Part shown: piece after piece, positions 60,034 to 64,000 of the stretch
How positions within the stretch are numbered: the stretch's first letter is position 1
How the letters are laid out: each line of letters opens with the position of its first letter
IMG/VR virus record: IMGVR_UViG_3300012020_000003
Location: 46,556-110,555 of that record
DNA from: a virus
Lineage: Duplodnaviria > Caudoviricetes
DNA: 64,000 nucleotides
Direction: 5' to 3' (one strand)
Translations under genes and position numbers: made by a program
The notes under the pieces: generated by a model
Told to the model about the DNA's origin: nothing
The model's database searches: none
The model's input: only the letters and a program-made list of their open reading frames with translations

Positions 60034-60594
60034 TTATGAAGTAAATTCAAAAATATTTTGCAGATATAAATTCAATCCTGGAATCTTTTTATTCAGTTTA
60101 TCAATTTCTTTTTGGTTTTTGATTGATGCAACTGTTTTATTTAAATACCATATAAGAAATCCTCCTGCATATCTAGTTGCATCAATACCTTCTACGTTTG
60201 TATAATTTAATGATAAATATTGACCTAAATCAATTTCGATGATCCTAAGATCATTAGGATTAGTTGACTTTAAGAAATAACGTTCAATAAAACCAGCCTC
60301 AATATCATATTTGCTGATGATTGGATAATATGGAATTGGTTCGATATAATTTGATATTTTTTTAACCAATGACTTCTTGAATAACTGCGTTAATTTATTA
60401 TCAGGAACTATTTTATTTTTTCTAAACAGTTGCCTAGATGTTATTCCAGGATTAAACTCAGACCAAAAGGTATCATTTGGATATCGGTGATATGGACCAA
60501 TATAATCTTTGCCGGCATTATCGGTCAGTTCGTTGCCTGCTGTATATAACCCAGTTAAAATTTGGTTATCATTATAATAAATTGGGTTTGACAT
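60034..60594 (-). CDS. Conserved phage protein in the tail/baseplate module
   Basis: YTAGNE...YIGPYH and GFIERYF motifs; gene context. Confidence 0.5.
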   Translation of the reverse strand: MSNPIYYNDNQILTGLYTAGNELTDNAGKDYIGPYHRYPNDTFWSEFNPGITSRQLFRKNKIVPDNKLTQLFKKSLVKKISNYIEPIPYYPIISKYDIEAGFIERYFLKSTNPNDLRIIEIDLGQYLSLNYTNVEGIDATRYAGGFLIWYLNKTVASIKNQKEIDKLNKKIPGLNLYLQNIFEFTS

Positions 60595-62604
60595 CTATAA
60601 ACGTTTGTATTGAATGTTATCAAAAAATGTTAATATGCCAGATAATTGAGTTACCCAATCCGAATCAGCGGTGAATGTATGTGTAACCGATCTGACCATA
60701 AAATATGACTTTGTGTCAAAATAGTTTTCAGTCAATTGATTTGTGGAAATGGCATTGCCTATCCTAAATCCATAACAGCCATCTAATGTAACATCTAATT
60801 CTAAACCTGGATAGGTTGGTAGATCATGTTGCTTTGAATGTGATGATGGTTTTGAAATTGTTAAGGCGTTAACCGCAGACTGCAATGATGCTTCTTTTTC
60901 TGGGTTGAATCTGGTTTCAATTAATTCCCCTGGAACTTTAATAAGTTTTAAGACATCCGATTGCGCCTTATTAAATGCAATTGTTCTTTTCACGTCTATC
61001 TTAGCTAGTTTATCAGGTGTGATATTGTGGACCGGGTCGCCTTGTGAAGTTTGACCTGCCATCATTGCCGATGCCATTTCAGGCGACCCGGCATTAGATC
61101 TAAGATTAATTGATCTAGATGATCCATCTCCATCTATTCCGTTAAATACAATGCAATCTAATTTCTTAGCATACCCATTTCGTTGATCAACAATGACCAA
61201 ATAATCTGTTTTTTCAGGATGTTGTGTTAATGTTAAATTTATAGATCCACCGGATGCTTCTTTAATCGTTGTGAAAATTTTTGAAAGAAAAACCATAACA
61301 TTTATTGATTCGCCAGTTTTTGTTTTATCATTGATTTTGTCTGAGTTGGATTCTTCTTTTTTGGCTGCTTCATCTAAAGCATCTAATATAACAGAGCGTT
61401 CTAATATAATTTTTTTAAAATCAATAATATTTGACGGACCAGATGATCCTTCGACAGCCTTTATTGGCTCCAGACCGGCTCCGCCTACTTTTTCAAAATT
61501 GATTCCGAGTTCATCTCCTACTGAATATGTTCCAGCATAATTTCCTTTGTTATTTCCTGCGAATACGCATTGCGTAGGTAATCCAGAAATAATTGCTTTA
61601 CTGATATAAGATTTAGAAAGAACTGGATCAAAGACAATGGCTGTTGGTGAAAATTGTGCTGCCAATATAACATCATCTTTATATTTCATATGAGTATGGC
61701 CCATAATTAATCGGTTGACAATGTATTCTAATGTGTAATAGACAATATTTACCGATGAAGTAGTTGACGATGCACCTAAATAACCTTCTTGTATAGATTG
61801 CCAAGCTTTACCGACTCTACCGCCGAAATGTATTTTGTGTGATGCCTTGTAAACTATAACAGCACCCGGTTTAGAACTAAATCCCTTTTCTGACAATGTA
61901 TATGTATGATTTCTATCGGGAATGAAAGACACTCCATCATTACCAGACAAATTTATATCGTCGATTGCTTTTTGCCCATTTTGTTGGGCGTCGAAGGTCA
62001 TTAATTCTAATAACCCTTGAACATTTAGGGTTTCTCCGCCTGACAAATATGACAATCCATTAAATTTACCACCAACCAATGTCTCTAATTTCTTTAAAGC
62101 TTCTGTTGCTCTAACTGCAGAACCCTTAACAATGTAACATCCTTGGTCATCTGTGTTAAATTCAAATGTAACCAACAAGAATTTTTCAACCTTAATGTAT
62201 TGTTGATCTACTATCCAATGCTTAGGATAACCAAACTCAGCTGAAATCTCAGTTCCATATCGACAAAAGACTTTCTCTATTTCCTTGAATGTTTCCCGAT
62301 CAAAACATTTAATTGACCACGACAATCCTTCTTTAAACCCATATTCAGTGGGAGAATATGTAATTGTTGCTTCTTCAAGTGATGGATAAGGTTTAAATTT
62401 ATTGTATTGAGATTCTGGGAATGAATCAGATAATCTTACTCCTGGAACCGTTGCACTTCCACCTTCACCCTTTCCAGTTAATTTAAAGTAAGCTGGGTTT
62501 CTTGTTGCGGCTTTATAGTGTGGACCGTTTTTATAAAGGTCTCGGCGTTTTTGTAAGACTCCTAACGCACCATGAGTTGGATTATTTCTATAAACGTTTT
62601 CCAT
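60595..62604 (-). CDS. Putative baseplate hub / tail-associated protein
   Basis: C-terminal LDVTLDG..GFRIGN...F.V.SVTH....W.T.L typical of gp27/GpD-like hubs. Confidence 0.55.
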   Translation of the reverse strand: MENVYRNNPTHGALGVLQKRRDLYKNGPHYKAATRNPAYFKLTGKGEGGSATVPGVRLSDSFPESQYNKFKPYPSLEEATITYSPTEYGFKEGLSWSIKCFDRETFKEIEKVFCRYGTEISAEFGYPKHWIVDQQYIKVEKFLLVTFEFNTDDQGCYIVKGSAVRATEALKKLETLVGGKFNGLSYLSGGETLNVQGLLELMTFDAQQNGQKAIDDINLSGNDGVSFIPDRNHTYTLSEKGFSSKPGAVIVYKASHKIHFGGRVGKAWQSIQEGYLGASSTTSSVNIVYYTLEYIVNRLIMGHTHMKYKDDVILAAQFSPTAIVFDPVLSKSYISKAIISGLPTQCVFAGNNKGNYAGTYSVGDELGINFEKVGGAGLEPIKAVEGSSGPSNIIDFKKIILERSVILDALDEAAKKEESNSDKINDKTKTGESINVMVFLSKIFTTIKEASGGSINLTLTQHPEKTDYLVIVDQRNGYAKKLDCIVFNGIDGDGSSRSINLRSNAGSPEMASAMMAGQTSQGDPVHNITPDKLAKIDVKRTIAFNKAQSDVLKLIKVPGELIETRFNPEKEASLQSAVNALTISKPSSHSKQHDLPTYPGLELDVTLDGCYGFRIGNAISTNQLTENYFDTKSYFMVRSVTHTFTADSDWVTQLSGILTFFDNIQYKRL

Positions 62605-63077
62605 TATAATGTATTATAATAGTGTTCAAGTTCATGATCAGTTTTAAAATATTTTACATTGGTTGGCGGTGAATAATTTACCATTTCCCTCCCCTTGATA
62701 ACAAGTCCATCATAACCCAAATCTTTCATTTCATTTGCAATGGTCGTGTTATCTGAAAAATAGTAATTACTTCTAGGCACATTGTGTTTTTTACAGTAAT
62801 CTGTGACTATTTTTTGTAAAAACATTTCGGCATCGTTAACACTATATGTTATTTTAGGTCGTGTTGGAATAGCGTTGACCACATAATGTACATCTCCATA
62901 CTGCCTGGCCATTTCATTATTGCTTAAAAATGCTGTATATAAACCTTGTCCATATTTTGCCATTCCACCATTTTCACCGTCAGTTGAATGTGAGATACCA
63001 CGAAGAGTAACATTCTTTCGTTTCCATTTTAAAAAACTGGCGTGATCTTCGAACAATATATTTTTAAATTTTATCAT
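62604..63077 (-). CDS. Putative ADP-ribosyltransferase-fold protein
   Basis: LRG..., YGQGLYT, A.QYG and GYDG....E motifs. Confidence 0.5.
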   Translation of the reverse strand: MIKFKNILFEDHASFLKWKRKNVTLRGISHSTDGENGGMAKYGQGLYTAFLSNNEMARQYGDVHYVVNAIPTRPKITYSVNDAEMFLQKIVTDYCKKHNVPRSNYYFSDNTTIANEMKDLGYDGLVIKGREMVNYSPPTNVKYFKTDHELEHYYNTL

Positions 63078-63078
63078 A

Positions 63079-63393
63079 TCATGTTTTGAAATTTGCTTCT
63101 ACCATTTCATTTTCTATTCTGTCAAACATTGGATTGCCTGGATCTGGTATCCTTAAATACACCCCGGGACCTGGAATAAGATGACCATTAATTAAATTAT
63201 TAACCACTGCAATGACCCACCATAGAGTTTGGTCGCCATAATATTTAAATGCTAAATTATCAAAACGATCCGATGATTTGGACATAATATAAATGTCTTT
63301 ATCACTTATTGGAAATTCAGGTAGATATTGACTCGAATAAATCCGTTCACCTTCTTCTGTTTTTAATATTTCTGAATTAATGTATCTTCTCAT
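63079..63393 (-). CDS. Baseplate wedge / LysM-like (gp53 or tail X-like) protein
   Basis: DRFDNLAFKYYGD..LWWVIA..N...LRIP. Confidence 0.75.
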   Translation of the reverse strand: MRRYINSEILKTEEGERIYSSQYLPEFPISDKDIYIMSKSSDRFDNLAFKYYGDQTLWWVIAVVNNLINGHLIPGPGVYLRIPDPGNPMFDRIENEMVEANFKT

Positions 63394-63418
63394 TTAATAA
63401 TCAATCTTCGGCATGAAT

Positions 63419-63970
63419 TTATTTACCTGGGGTCATTTTACCGTCTGATTGATATTTGCCGGTATAATAATCACCTTTATTTTTATAATCTGGTTTTTTT
63501 GCTCCAACGACTTGTAATGTAGCCGAGCAGTTAATATATATTGGCAACTTATCTATCCACGGTGTATCATTATTAATATCAATGGTAAATGATGTTAATA
63601 TACCGTATTCATCGAGCAGCTTTCCAATTTTCATTTTAGTAAAAATTCCGTTAAATCCTCGCCCAGGTTTATAAATTGGTCTAGTTTGACGGACTACATT
63701 ATTTAATGCTTCCAAATAAAATGTATGCTCTCCATTATATAATGCTGCAGTAATGAAATTAACTGAAATTGTACGTTGGTATGAGTCATATTTCATTTTC
63801 GGATCTGCTCTACCTATATCCATATTCGATGACCATGATGGACTATGATTATCAGAAATACTGTTTATAAACGCAGGAAATTTGATAATAGGTCCCGGTC
63901 CTTCAGATGGTATGAATGCCTGAAAGGAAAATTCCGTTGGTATAGCTTCTGTCCGTAAGGTTGCCGCCAT
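63419..63970 (-). CDS. Tail tube/baseplate-related protein
   Basis: F.AFI.SISDN.SPSW....GR......Y....RTI.. motif; tail module context. Confidence 0.55.
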   Translation of the reverse strand: MAATLRTEAIPTEFSFQAFIPSEGPGPIIKFPAFINSISDNHSPSWSSNMDIGRADPKMKYDSYQRTISVNFITAALYNGEHTFYLEALNNVVRQTRPIYKPGRGFNGIFTKMKIGKLLDEYGILTSFTIDINNDTPWIDKLPIYINCSATLQVVGAKKPDYKNKGDYYTGKYQSDGKMTPGK

Positions 63971-64000
63971 TAAATATTTTTATAAATTAATTTAAATTTT

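Larger units (their letters stand above)
59002..60072. repeat. Diverged tandem duplication (units ~59002-59434 and ~59435-60065)
   Basis: ATAAATTATACGAATAATATGCTACTAGGCTT at 59002 and 59435; GTAAATTCAAAAATATTTTGCAGATATAAATT at ~59410 and ~60041; paralogous MNTPNFE ORFs. Confidence 0.85.

Noticed and set aside
304-61540. Many short antisense or overlapping ORFs in the track (e.g. 304-642, 21498-21719, 41539-41961, 49910-50374, 51369-51725, 61271-61540)
   Set aside because: They lie opposite well-supported genes, lack motifs and leaders, and are expected shadow frames.
1-64000. Stop-codon reassignment (alternative genetic code)
   Set aside because: Long conserved genes (ligase, NrdAB, helicase) are uninterrupted in code 11, and TAA, TAG and TGA all end genes at plausible lengths.

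Overview
AT-rich, gene-dense segment of a large lytic dsDNA phage with a T4-like replication core, probably infecting Bacteroidota. The host inference rests on TAnnTTTG promoters and A-rich leaders without Shine-Dalgarno sites. Genes read on + up to ~14.2 kb and on - thereafter. Recognisable content: RadA/KaiC-like ATPase, ATP-dependent DNA ligase, QueE, a PRPP-synthetase-like enzyme next to an internally deleted NAMPT-like gene, RNA ligase and polynucleotide kinase, several phosphatases, a macrodomain, a PurA-like/vWA/HD module, an intact IS605 element (tnpA+tnpB), dNMP kinase, NrdAB, helicase, 5'-3' exonuclease, RecA/UvsX, gp32-like SSB, a family A polymerase domain and tail/baseplate genes. 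Main observations: (1) recA is fractured inside Walker A by an atypically split intein with a 14-aa N-intein, and a free-standing endonuclease gene lies between the halves; (2) at least 11 promoters share an exact architecture, (T/A)GTTAA-N5-(T/A)GTTAA-N37-TAnnTTTG; (3) four tRNA-shaped RNAs have non-canonical anticodon arms; (4) a 53-bp near-perfect inverted repeat pair brackets ~27.7 kb; (5) a candidate origin region has repeated CACA-W-TGTGG palindromes around two RepL-like genes. All calls come from motif reading by eye; no database search was run.
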